Source: Yuukianura sp. NJ FZ-2021 (taxonomy: Eukaryota). Taken from it: a stretch of DNA of 64,000 nucleotides. A program made the position numbers and the translations under genes. Location: assembly GCA_046563655.1 (NCBI GenBank), contig CM102288.1:1736001-1800000 (forward strand), in the 5' to 3' direction. Each line of letters begins with the position of its first letter. Positions within the stretch are counted from its first letter, which is position 1. Below the pieces are notes generated by a model. It saw nothing but the letters and a program-made list of their open reading frames with translations. It was not told where the DNA came from and ran no database searches. Below are positions 51,895 through 64,000 of this stretch, one piece after another.

Positions 51895-52292
51895 CTTTAC
51901 CAAGATTTACATCTAAATCTAAATTTTTACTTAAAACCGAAAACGAGTACAAAAAACATGAATTTCCTTCGTTCAACAAAAATTGTGCATCGATGCACAA
52001 TCGGTGGATCCACCGATTTCCCATCTCTTAACATTATACACACTCGCCTTATGGAGTGAAACCCAACCGTGTTTGAGGTGAGCGAAAGTAAACAAACAAA
52101 CACGGTTGGCATCCTAACAACTTGGTGGGTCTGTTTGATCCCACCAGAGGTCACAAGGTCAACCGAGTGGTCTGGCTCCAGTGGATCGGTCAGTATCCAC
52201 GGAAGCCAGCGCGGTGACCATAACACAATCTACGGCCTTTTAGACCATTTGGGCGGTTGGAGCGCATCTTTGCAATCCATTCTACGGCCTTG

Positions 52293-52387
52293 TACGGCCT
52301 TTTAGCCATGCTAACGTAATGTTAAATGAGCGGCCGCTCCCCATGCTGTTAACACACGCTCTGATTTACGGCCTTTTAGACCGACCC
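52293..52387 (-). repeat. Right terminal inverted repeat (95 bp), preceded by one degenerate inverted 52-bp unit (about 52227-52292)
   Basis: Exact reverse complement of 41156-41250. Confidence 0.95.
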
Positions 52388-52474
52388 GCAGAGATTACCC
52401 CGAATGCCTTGTGGAGGGAAGTGGAATTTGAGAAGAGAAGATAAACTCACTTTTTAACTTGTGTAAAAGTGGAC

Positions 52475-54349
52475 ATGTCATTTTTCTCTGAACATCGCGG
52501 TACTTTCTCTCGCGTAAAAGAATACCGGAAGAAGAATGACCTCTTCGTGGGTGACCGGCAAGTGGATGGCGACATTCTGGAAGTTGTCCAGCTTCAAGAG
52601 AAAGCGATGTCTGCCTTCGGGAGGAATTTTCCGGGTAACAGCTGGTGGCCATCATGGAACTTAATGTTAACTGTCAGAACAATTTTTCTACCGTGCGGAT
52701 TCCCCGAATCGGTGTCATCAGATTACGTCCAGTACCAAATCTTCGACACGATTCAGGTAAGTATCAAGATTTATGTCACTTCTTAGATAATTTTAAAGCA
52801 ATTTACAGTTAACATTGATGAATAATTTAACAGGCTTTCTCGTCTTCCATTACTGGTGCTCTTGCGACGGAAGCAGTATTCAAGTCAGTGGGGGTTGGAA
52901 CTTCTGAGGCAACACCGCTCGCTGCGGCAGTCACATGGTTAGTAATTAGTTTCTGAATTTACAATTGTAATTAGTTTCATCTGATACTTTGTTCATTCTA
53001 GGTTAATAAAAAGCGGAAGTGGAATGGTCAGTGGAATCGTTTTCACATGGTCTAAGGGGTACCAAATTAAATCAAACATCTACAGAAATCAAGATCCCCA
53101 GTTTGGTTAACATTTCTGTAATGTCTTTCTTTTCAGGACAGCGCTTGACTACGATAACAAGAAATGGCGATTGTTCGCTGATATCCTTAATGGTAAGCGT
53201 ATTTCTTCCGATAAACAGATCTGCTTGGGATACACTGTGAAGTTATCATGACGTAACTAATTGCTAACTTCTATTCTGTTTAGATTCGGCAATCTTTCTG
53301 GACCTTATAACACCTCTGTTCCCATCGAATCTTGTGATCTTCATGTTCTCCTTATCCAGTATTGCCAGAGCTTTAGTTGGAGTGGCTGGTGGAGCTACAA
53401 GAGCAGCGATTACACAACATCAAGCTCGAAGACAAAACGCTGCCGACGTTTCAGCTAAGGATGCTTCACAGGAAACGTTGGTCAATTTAGTCAGCTTAAT
53501 TGTCAGTCTCATTCTCCTTCCGATTGTGAGCGGTCGCCAACTGTAATTGACTTTCTTGTCAAGTTTAATTTCAAACATAAATGAGGTTTTTCCTAACCTT
53601 CGTTGTTTATTTTACAGAATTGTTTGGACTCTGTTCTTCGTCTTCACATTTCTCCACGTTTTTGCAAATTACCAAGCACTTCGGGCTCTGAACCTGGAAG
53701 TGTTCAATTCTAGTCGCCTTCTTTTTGCTCTCCAACGGTTTCTACTTTACCAAAAAGTTCCTACAGTTTACGAAACTAATCAAAATGAATCTCTAATTGT
53801 TGGATTCGGCATCAAAGGTAACTTCGAAACTAAAAATTCAATAATCGGATATCTCTGATGTTAAGATTAATTTCTCGTTTTTAATTATCAGATCGGGACG
53901 TTTGTAAATTTTCTATAAGAGTTGGTGTTTCGCTTGAGGAGGCACTGCCCAGTCTTTCTACTGCAGAAATCAGTGCAGCTATTCATGATTCGGAAGGGAA
54001 ACCATTTCTCATCTTTGGAAATGCTCAAAGAAGAACGATTTATATAATACTTTCCGAAAATATTGGGTCTACGTCCATCCTAGAAGCCTACGCTCGGTCG
54101 ATACTTGCCGCACATAACTTCAATGCTAACGTGGAGGTCAGTACTTTGTATTTCACTAGTATTTACAATGGTGTTGTTCGCATAACGGAACAAAATTTTT
54201 GTAATTTCCAGAAGGTTTTACGTCCACATTCTCCAGAAGTAACTAAAGCGTGGGAAACGTTTTACCATGGAGCGACTTCTGAAGGATATGACCTGTCCTC
54301 TGCTCTGATTCAAAGTGATGATTGGAGAGCAAAATGGAAACATTCCTGA
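52475..54349 (+). CDS. RUSF1: RUS1 family protein (C16orf58/RUSF1 homolog, DUF647), multi-exon
   Basis: IFLPCGFPESVSSDYVQYQIFDTIQAFSSSITGALATEAVFKSVGVG...ATPLAAAVTW; KKWRLFADILND; ALVGVAGGATRAAITQHQARRQNAADVSAKDASQETLVNL; LHVFANYQAL; DDWRAKW. TGA at 54347-54349. Confidence 0.93.
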
Positions 54350-54783
54350 AGAGCACTGATCGTACTTAAAACTTAATTTTTGAAAATAAAAACGAACTTT
54401 TTCGATAGGGATAAATGCGAAGTACTATTTAAAACTGGGTCACTGAGAGAGGCTATACTAGGCTTCCCATTTTTTCAAAAAGTCGAACATTTTGTTAATT
54501 TTTGAACTTTTTAAAATTTTAAAAGATGCTTTATGTCATCCTGAATTTAGTTATGAAGAGATTTGCTTTCCAACGCATTTCGTTCCTGAGATATGAATTT
54601 CTAAAGTTTTTGAATGTTAGAATTTTTTGGAAGAGATTTTACGTGGTGAAGTTAAAGGTTGTGCTTTGAAACTGTCCGGAGCTATGCGGGGATCGTACGG
54701 TCCAGAAAGGCTCCTCGCCTTTCTCAACTTTTTTTCCCCCCTGCACTGCACTGGCGGCATTCCCATACACAAGACAAGTGGAG

Positions 54784-55683
54784 CATAGATGGGAGTCCTC
54801 ACTGTCCTCTTTGAGGATTCCTCAAAGAGGACAGCTTTTTTTCAGAAATTGAAGTTTGAGGATTTGAGGACTGAAAATTGGATGAGGATTGAGGAAAGAG
54901 GATTTGAGGACTGAGATCTGAATGAGGAATGAGGAAAGAGTAATTGAGGACTGAAAGTAAGATGAGGAATGAGTTTTGGAGACTTGAGGATTGAGTTTGG
55001 CGTGAGGATTGAGGAAAAGAGCAATACTCTTTTTCACTAAAAAGCGAAGTAAAATTTCAGACTTGAGACTTTAAAATGTTGAAATGCATAGGAAAGCAAC
55101 AACCGCGGTTGTTTCAAATTCATTTTTGATCAAATTTTGCTTTGCATACTTTACCTCCCTGCCACAGCCTGTCTTTTTTTTTTCATTGCTGGAACTTTGG
55201 CAAGATCTTGACGGTCTAGAATTACAATTGAATTGTTCGAAAACGTATTAATGGTTCGTCAGCATCTCCTGAACTCGACTGTTAATTAACAATCGCGATT
55301 GTTTTTTAAAGTCAATACTTGTGCTGACATTATTATCGTAGTTGAAAAGATTTATGTAGATTCGGAGTTAACACTAACTAAATACTACATTACTTAACTG
55401 TAGTATATAACCAAACTTTTGCCATTTAACATCCTTACACTGGAATCCTACCGAGTTTCCGGGAAATGTTCACAATGAGGATTGAGGAATGAGTTTTTGA
55501 GGACTGAAATTCAGGTGAGGATTGAAGTTTGAATATTTGAGGACTGATTTTTCAAAGAGGATTGAGGAATGAGTTTTTGAGGACTGAAATCCCGTTGAGG
55601 ATTGAGGAAAGAGGTTTTGAGGATTGAAATTTCGTTGAGGATTGAGGAAATGAGGAGTTACTCATTGAGGACTCCCATCTATG
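54784..55683. mobile_element. Non-autonomous hAT-type element (900 bp)
   Basis: Perfect 18-bp TIRs CATAGATGGGAGTCCTCA / TGAGGACTCCCATCTATG. Exact 8-bp TSD AAGTGGAG at 54776-54783 and 55684-55691. Dense TGAGGA motifs in both subterminal regions. Confidence 0.9.
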
Positions 55684-56644
55684 AAGTGGAGGCAGTTCTC
55701 CTATCCACCTCTTCGTTCCGTATAATATCCGATCTGAATTCTACCAAATTCACAGCTACACTTTACAATTCCTAGAATTACAGAATACAAAAAATCACAA
55801 CTTTGTCGCAATTTTTGCAACTCCTTTGGTCTTTTCAACTTGCAAAACATCAGTGCACTTAAATAAGGTGCATTTTCCAAAATCTTACCTATAAAAGTTT
55901 GCAAACACAAAATGCAGGGTCCAAATGTTTTAAAAATTGCAAATTTTACGTAACATAGCGTTTGTGTTTTGAAGAAAATTGACTTTAATGAAACGAATGC
56001 GAAAAACAATTTTTTTTTGTAAGATTCGAATACTTGTAATTTTTTTCTCACAACACTAACCTTCAAATGACCCAGTTGACATTTGATTTTACTTAAAAAC
56101 AAATCATCAGAAAAGTCAATTCCAGTTTGAATCAATTATGAAACTAACTAAACTACGTTCTCAACTTTAAGACAATTTGATGATCAATATTTGAAGTTTT
56201 AAATCGATCAAGGCATTTTAGAAAGAATCAACAAAAATTCTGGAGAACACACCTCTTTTACACGCCACTTTCTAATCAAACTATCGCCATCACTGAATTG
56301 AATAATATTACAGAATGAGTTGATTAATACTATAAATTAACATTTACACTTTTGTCTTTAGAACTAATTACTGATTACTCCACCAATTCATTCAACAATT
56401 TACATTCTGCTCTCCTCGAAAGTAACAAACTCCTCCAGAATCTGCTAATTTCCTACTCTTCCATCCAGAGCTTCGACTAATTAATTGTATAAATACTAAA
56501 AATAAAATCATCACCTCCTGGAAGAAATACCACTCACATTTAAGAAGAACTGGAATTAAAATTTAGTAGAGGTTTTCGCGTTGTAACTAAAAATTGTCGT
56601 ACGTCTCACTCGCATCGTCCAACGTTCTGCATTGAGTTTTTCGT

Positions 56645-59600
56645 TTATAAAGCAAACATCTTATTCTCTTGCTTCTCCTTGTCCAGAGTTGATCTTGTCG
56701 TTGGTGGTTGCCTGGATTCGGAAGCAGCATTTGCCCTTTCCTGCAGAAATTTATCAAATTCTGAACTTGTTAGGGACTCTCCACCAACAGCACCAGGCTG
56801 AAATCATAACACCAAAACCAGCAAATTATTAGAAACCATTCCACAAAAACCTAAATCTACAAAATAAAAATACAAATCGTACATTTGCCTTGAGCCATGC
56901 TTCCATTTCGTCAAAGTCTGATTCCCTGTGCATCTGTTACACAAAGTCAATTTTTGGAAAATTAAAAATTCAACTTTACAATTTCTACAAAAACCACCAA
57001 AACCGAAAAAACTAAACCAACCTGGATAATTGCTTCCTGTGGAACGACAAAACCCAAAAATGAGACAGAAAGAACAGAAGACACCACCGAACGTGTAAAA
57101 AGAAACACCCAAATGAGAACAGACAAAAACCAAAGTATAAATCCAGCAGTACACAACGAAATAAGAAATCACAAAATCCACAAAGCCCAAATTGTGCACA
57201 GTGAACTTAAATTGCAAATTATTTTGTCAAGTATTTTCTTACGTCAATTTCCGGTTCAGTCCTCCTTGCAACTGCTCCTAAGCTGTTAGCTTGATCCACG
57301 TTGGAATTGTCAGCGTATGTACTTCCGCTGGGAAATGTAAAATACCGATGTAAAATCAATTACGAATCAGCAAATCAAAACTATTTTGATGATTGATTAC
57401 CTTAATTTTGACTTTTCATATGAGGCCGTCCGTGACTGAGCAAACATGTCAAAGTCACTTTCATCTTCTGGTTTGCGGACACTGGACTTCTGCATGGCAC
57501 TATTATCTTTAAGGTTAAGTCCAGTTGACATTTTCTGTGCCGTATTGGACACAGCCTCGGCATTCCCATCTCCCCAGTCTATCAACGACGGTTCGGATTC
57601 ATTCTTTTGCAGTGAAGTTGACGAATTCACTGGTCCACCTCCTGTCTTCTCAATATTTTTCCGATACCGGCCATACCTGAAAACAAAAATAAAACGGCGT
57701 TTAAGTCCAACAAAAAAAATCAGATTCTAACGAAAACTAAAGATGCTGAAATCTTTCCCAGCGCAAAACACTAAAACAAAAGTTGATTTTCATCCAAAAC
57801 AATTTTTAAAAAATTAATAATTGTAGGTTCTACTGAGAATCGAACTCAGATCTCGAGATTCAAAGTCTCACGTGCTAACCATTACACCATAGAACCACTG
57901 GTTGAAATGACCGTTGCCAAAACTCATCCTATGCGGTGAGTCATTCTGCGATGAGTTTTTGCAGACACTCATACACAAGAGCAAATTGCAATATAGCATT
58001 TCACACCTCACAGTAATTATAATCAAAGAAATTGAGTTGTAACTGACCTCAAAAAGAGATTATTCAACTCGTCATTAATATGAAGCATCTCTGCCGTCAG
58101 CTCATCAGAGGACACAGTGCAAAGTAGCTCCGCAATTCGTCTCTGCATCTCTTTGCATGTGCTGTACAGCTCCTGCAAAAGTAATTAAATTGCAACAATT
58201 GTTTTTCTGCTATACCAGCAAAACATAAAAAAAAGCAAAACACATGCTCGTTGAAAAACTATTAAATATTGAACAGTTAATTAAATCAATCAATTCTTAC
58301 CTGCAGAAGTTGCATGTCCTGTGGATCCTCATTTCCTGGCTTCATTTCTGACAACATCTCTGCGAACACTGCAATGTTCGACTGTACCAAGTCGAGGTCC
58401 CGACGAATCTTCACCACTTGATCACCGCTTACCTGAGACATAATCAGTTAACGTTAGTCCACTTTTTCTAACAACAGGCTAAAACTTGAAGGTTTTCGTT
58501 CGCAGTCCGTGATTAATTCACGTCAAAGTTTCTAGAAAAGTCTACTATTTAGTCTATTATCTTCGTGACTTGACTAACAAAACCAACTGAAGAGAAGTTT
58601 AACTGTGTAATTTTGCTCTACCGAGTCAACTTGAAAAGGAAGTCATTAGAGTGTGACGATGATGAGGAGCAGAGCAGGAGAGAAAATCAAACAATGGACA
58701 GACTACACGTTAAAACTCCGAAACCATGAAACGGCAGAGGGGAGTTGAACCATTATAACGAAAAATCTCATGAAGAAGTCATTTGTAACACAACGGTAAT
58801 CTCGATTCCCAAAAAAGCTCTCGCCCCTCAAAAATTTTTGCAAATTACTGTTGCAAAAATAGGTCTTTAAAAGCAATGTTGAGTTTTAGAGATTTTTGCA
58901 CAAACTCACCTGACGTTCGCCGAGATCAACGGGATGCAGAATTTGTTCCGCCTCTACGCTCTAGAAACACCAAAACAAATATGCGTAACAAGATCAAACA
59001 AATTCCTAGTACAAGATAAGATTCTCTACATTGGTTGATAACTTTAAATCAAAGTGTCGGTAACCCTGGAGGATCCATGAACCGCAATACTTACACGTTT
59101 TGGTGTCAATATCGGTGCCATACTGCCAAGATCCGTCATCGGGAATTCAATTCCTTTGCTCTTCAGTTCATGATAAACTTGTACAACGCCCGAGAGCTCC
59201 GGGTCTCCGTTAAAGGTATCTGCCCAATTTTGGATCAATTCCAGCACTTTCTCCTGGATTACTAATGGTGGGTCGTTCTTAGCACCTAACACAAGAAAAC
59301 AATAAGTTAATGCAGCGCTTCGAAACGATTGATTCATGTATAGAACATTGAATTTCAACTCACCAATCAGTTTCACCATATCCTGGACAAAATCCTTATG
59401 ACACACCAGGATATGAAAACGTTTCGAACAGTTCTTGACACATGCTTCCAAAATCGTCAAAGTGTACATTATGACATTGTAGTTTCTTCCAGAACTTTGC
59501 CCCAGTCTCTTCTTTATCGCCCGAATCGCGTCTTTTCCAGCTTCATCGGTCTGATTAATGTCGTCGCAAATACTCATAATCAAGGACCAGTCTTCGGATG

Positions 59601-59873
59601 CATTCTGTAGATCCGTCGCTTGTTCTATTTCAGAAACATAAGCAAATCAATTAAAATGAATCGTCAATTGGAAAGTTAAACCGACCCCTCATTTGCATGT
59701 CCAAAATATATTCTCACTGTACATTACCGAAACCAATAGCATATCGTTCAAAGTTCAACGTACTATTATTATAGAAAACATTCCTTACCAATTTTACGTC
59801 CAACTGGTGTTGAAAATGGGTTTCCACTAAACAGGGACATGATTGGTTCAAGCGACTTCTTGGCTTCCTCCAT
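56645..59873 (-). CDS. TOM1L2: TOM1 / TOM1-like 2 (VHS plus GAT endosomal adaptor), multi-exon
   Basis: [22 protein letters not shown]...[32 protein letters not shown]...[11 protein letters not shown] (VHS); GAT exons; [31 protein letters not shown]...MFAL*. Start is either 59873 or 59840. Confidence 0.92.
57825..57896 (-). tRNA. tRNA-Gln (anticodon TTG), intronic in TOM1L2
   Basis: GGTTCTATGGTGTAATGGTTAGCACGTGAGACTTTGAATCTCGAGATCTGAGTTCGATTCTCAGTAGAACCT forms a full cloverleaf with A/B boxes, followed by a T5 run about 12 nt downstream. Confidence 0.93.
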
Positions 59874-60726
59874 CGTCGTCGCAGAATAGATATCAAGGTC
59901 AAATCCGAACTGTTCAACGGTGTCAAATCAAGTTACAACAGCAGTAAATAAGTTAATTGCACTATGGTCGTTTCTCGTTGATGTAGAAGAGGTCAATATC
60001 CAGATTAGCAGCACCAGCTGATGTCCAACTAAAATTCGATAAACAAAAACATAAACAAGGACACAGAAACAGATGATTAAAAGCTGGAAGGATCCAACGG
60101 GAGATGTCAAGCACAAGAAAATACAGTGAGACAACAAAATTTTAGAGCTCACATCGGACAAGCAAGAGTCTGCGTATCTACGATTAGATGTTTTTACGAC
60201 GTGTTAAGCCACTTAACGCTTGATTAATCCAAAGTTCAATTTTTTACCAATTGATTACTAGTAGTAAGTAATATGTAAAATGAATGACTCACCACCACCT
60301 AAATCTCAAGTTCACGCAATACTAAACCCAAATCGCTGATTCACTATTCGCTCAAGTATGTGGGTAGGGTGGCCTTCCAGAATAAATTATAGGTAAGCAA
60401 AAAATCAAAGGTAAAAAAACGTGAGGCTGAGTAATGGACATACGCATCGGAATGGAAAATTCGCAAAAACATTCCGGAAATAAAAAAAATTGCAATTCCG
60501 AGATTTTTTGTTTCATGACAGTCGTCTCGGATATCCTCTTCCTTTTGCGTCAAGAAGCGAAAATGGAAAGTTTTGCAACCTACGCTTTAGTACGCCGCTG
60601 TTGAAAGTTGAGAGAGCATTCAACATTATGCAAAACATTTATTTAGAAGCTTGTTCTTTTACGATTTTGATTTTGAATATTTGTGTTAACGCAAAACTTA
60701 CGTGATCTTTTTAATTTGAGTTTTAA

Positions 60727-63700
60727 TTATTCGACGGACCCACAAGAAACTGAAGGAAACATCTCTTGACAGGCCTTCCATTCACAAACGTTTTCAATTT
60801 TGGTCGGATTCCGCTAAAAGATATCAAACATTCATCAAAATCATAAAAACCTAAGCTTTTTTTGCATTTGACCCAACCAAGATCATCTGTAAAATCGAAG
60901 TGACCTTGGGATTACCTCAATGACCTTGGATGGAGTTTCGTCTAGTGGGCACTTCGGTGACTTGTTATTTTTTCCTTTCTTCTTTTTAGCTTTGGACTGA
61001 ACATGTACGTTAATACGTTTTCTTTTTAGTGACGATGGACCAATCAATCCCTTCAAGAAACAGAAAAAAATCGAGCAAAGTTAGAACAATTAGGTGCGTA
61101 AGATTCTAAATTCTAAATCTAAAATTCTTACTTCAAAAAATTCAATAGCATCTTGAAGTGTTACAGTCTCCAGTTCCTTGAGTTCCACCTCCACTCTGGA
61201 AAAATTATGAAATTTGTTATTGATTTATGAAGAACTTCAATAGAATTCATGAAATAGGTAATAAATTTGACCTGTCAAAGTTGTACAACCGTGTTTCAAT
61301 CTCTGCCCAAAGATGCTCTCCTCTTGCTCCAATTTCTTTCGGCTTCTCCGCTTTCCGAACTGTTAAAGCTAATCGGTGTTGCAGGAATTCTTCCTCTGTC
61401 ATGTTATCCAGAGTTTTATGTAGACACTCGAGGTAACAATCGATTCTCTTTTCAACATATGCTGGGTCAAATCCACTTTGGACCAAGATCTGAAATCCAC
61501 GGGTTCGGTTTGCTTTTCTAATGGTTGTCCAAACGTAGTACTGAAATGGAGGAAGAAAAAATCGTAGTGTAATCGTTAAATCACTAATCGGAAAATCTGA
61601 CTGCAAATGATGTCCGGTTACCCCTAACTGTTCCACAGTCCGGAGTTGATTGTAACAGCCTTCGTAAGCAAACTGGTCCATGAGTTCCATCAAAACATTT
61701 CCTCTAGTTTCTTCCTCTCCGCCTTGAAACAAAACTGTTACACAAGAGTCGGAATGCGTATGATGTTCACCCGTGTACAGAAAATCAGAACCTGAACAAG
61801 CAAAAAAGCAACTGTTCTGAAAATATTTCCAAAATAACCCGCATTCGAAATTAAAACTTCTGTAAAATTACCCGGCTTCAGTTTCAATTCACGCATACGG
61901 GCGTCTTCTTCTTTTGTTAGCGCTTGAGTTCCATTATCTTCAAACAATTTCTCGCACTTCCTTACCAGATCTTTCGCTTCCTATTAGAAAATCAACGATT
62001 TGTTAACTCGCCAGTTAATCATAATCATTTTTCTTACTTCCTCCGTCATATTTCCATACAAAAGCCATTCCAGTCTAACTTTCTGAAGAAACTCTTTCAA
62101 AAACTTTGTCAGATCTTCCAGAGTGACACCTAGGAGGAAACGAATTTGCAATCACAATCCAATATTTTAGGTTACAAGACAAACCTTTGAGAGCTTCAAG
62201 CATTTCTTCATGAGTCCAACGCTTCTCCCTCAGCAAATAACCCAAATACCAATTGGCATGTTTGCTTGGTTGTTCTTTTCTCCAGTTACTCAGTGCCCTT
62301 GAGTATGCCTCCTTCATAACAACAAATCTTTCTGGGTCACAACAATAAGTGACCAAGCGTTCAACAACTTTCTGGAGTAGGACTCCCAGCTTGTGATCAT
62401 AACCGGCAACATAAATCTACACAAACCAAAAAATATTACAATCAAACCAAATTATTAACCACCGATAGTAAAAGATAAAAACAGGAAGAAAAAAATCAGA
62501 AATTGACAGATTACGTACCTCTAATCCATAAACAGATTCCAACAAATGGTATTTGAGTCCTGATACACTTGCGTTGTAGGTAACTTCAGTAAGCGAATCC
62601 TCCACTAATCGTTTCAACAGTCCAACCAAAGTTTGATTCAATGGAGACATCTTTGGAAGTGGACTGCAAATGATAAAATTTTTGACGTTGATACAAAAAC
62701 CGTATCCAGTAAAATTTTACCTTGAGATCTCCACTCGAACAACAGCCTTTGGTAAAAGGAATTCATTATCTTGCAAAAAGAAAGCTCGGCTCAATGGACC
62801 ATTCGATATTTTTCGTGGAATAATTCCCTAGAAGTAAAAAAAATTACTTAATCTTAATTACTTAATTACTCGTATTAATTCATGAATTGAATTGGTAACT
62901 CAAAAATATGGAACAAAAATTACCGTATTATCTCTTGGTTTCAATTCAAAAACGGATGGAATAAATTCGTTCTTTAGTGGAAGGTGTAGCTCTGCATTTA
63001 GACCACAGTTTTTCCACTTCTGAATCAGTTCAGCGTCAATTTTTTCCACAGCATACTGGATTCCGTAGTATTGTTCCACTTGATCCGCCTTAGACTCATT
63101 TTCCTTCGCAAAAACGGTGATCCTGCCAAAATCAAATGGGCAATTTGATCACTATTTTAACCTCAAACTCTAACATTACTCATCACATTAGAATTAAAAA
63201 CAAAAAACTGATCAATACCTGCACTTTTCTGGAACTAAATTCGTCATTAGCATTACAATTTCCTCAGGATTGTATTCCGTTATGAGGTAGTCCGCGCTCA
63301 GTACATCCTCCAATGGATACGACTAATTAAACAATTGAAATACAGTATAGAGCAACACATAAAGTGAAAGGAATCAGATGAGTTTCTTACAAGCATTTTT
63401 GGAGTCAGATCACATACTGTGTCTTCTGGACACTTTTGATCCAGAAATCTGAAATTCATGGCTTCCACATCACGAAGTTCTTCCCAAACCCATTGCTGTG
63501 GTCCACTTTGACGAATCATTTCTAAATACTGAATGAAATAAAAAAATTTTATTAACCATATTGCAAGCAACATGGAAGTTAAAGTGATTCAAAGAGGAGT
63601 ATTAATTTAATTTGAGATTTACCTGAAATAGAATTTCGGCAATTTCATCAACATGTTGAAGTCCGCTTTTCGATAGCTCCATTTCGATTGAAGCCATTCC

Positions 63701-64000
63701 GAATCCGCGGGCTTCCGTGGCAATATCCGCTGAAAGTTCGTTGACCCAGCCTTTCTTTTTCAAAAGTGACAGCAGTGACCCCGAACTTTCATGGCCCAGC
63801 AAGTGAGTGAGATAGTGAGTCGACTGTAAAACATTCAGATTAACTTATAATCTTCTCAGGAGAGTGAAACGTTGATAAACTTACCCCTGCTTTGTATCTG
63901 TCGGTGGTATCCGGAAACGGAAAGACGACACTCATCTGGCGAAGGTCTTTGACTGGAACGACGTAGACCTTTATTCCAACATGGTCAGCATCAAATGGAC
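60727..64000 (-). CDS. IDE: Insulin-degrading enzyme / M16A metallopeptidase, 3' part (5' end beyond the window)
   Basis: VYVVPVKDLRQMSVVFPFPD; THLLGHESSGSLLSLLKKKGWVNEL; QYLEMIRQSGPQQWVWEEL...MNFRF; ELHLPLKNEFIPS; FFLQDNEFLLPKA; LVEDSLTEVTYNASVSGL; CYNQLRTVEQLGYYV; FDR. TAA at 60727-60729. Confidence 0.92.

Larger units (their letters stand above)
41156..52387. mobile_element. 11.2-kb non-autonomous Mutator/Foldback-like DNA transposon carrying captured gene fragments (Pack-MULE-like)
   Basis: Perfect 95-bp TIRs (41156-41250, 52293-52387) starting GGGTCGGTCTAAAAGGCCG. Exact 9-bp TSD GCAGAGATT at 41147-41155 and 52388-52396. Subterminal tandem repeats. No transposase recognised inside. The superfamily is inferred from TSD length and TIR structure. 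Confidence 0.9.

Noticed and set aside
41156..52387. LTR retrotransposon or endogenous retrovirus, suggested by the Gag fragments
   Set aside because: The ends are inverted rather than direct repeats, the TSD is 9 bp rather than 4-6 bp, and no protease, RT or integrase motifs were found.
41156..52387. Autonomous element, Maverick/Polinton or integrated virus
   Set aside because: No DDE transposase, integrase, pPolB, packaging ATPase or jelly-roll capsid ORF was recognised. The longest internal ORFs are under 160 aa, and Mavericks make 6-bp TSDs.
54822..57217. Phe/Ser/Leu-rich ORFs at 54822-55037, 55701-56135 and 56804-57217
   Set aside because: They arise from TGAGGA repeats or A-rich intronic/intergenic sequence and have no domain or splice support.

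Overview
This is a eukaryotic, AT-rich, gene-dense window with short introns. It looks arthropod-like (Tramtrack-type BTB domain, scattered TTAGG motifs); a springtail-like genome is plausible but cannot be verified here. Host genes in order are an RS-rich protein (partial, -), GFOD1 (+), a BTB-C2H2 transcription factor (-), eIF3b (+), USP3 (+), a low-complexity single-C2H2 protein (-), two related multi-C2H2 genes (+) flanking RPP38 (+), RUS1/C16orf58 (+), TOM1/TOM1L2 (-) with an intronic tRNA-Gln(TTG), and an insulin-degrading-enzyme gene (partial, -). Several small non-autonomous DNA transposons are also present. The main result is an 11,232-bp cargo-carrying DNA transposon at 41156-52387. 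It has perfect 95-bp terminal inverted repeats, a perfect 9-bp target-site duplication (GCAGAGATT) and a subterminal array of 52-bp hairpin repeats, consistent with a Mutator/Foldback-like 'Pack-MULE'. I found no transposase in it. Its recognisable cargo is all on the minus strand: an intron-containing KDM4-like JmjN-JmjC histone demethylase (decayed in this copy), a ZAD-like zinc-finger ORF, two Gag-capsid-like fragments and orphan spliced sequence. The insertion lies 78 bp upstream of the RUS1 start codon. All calls come from manual reading and translation; no database searches were run.
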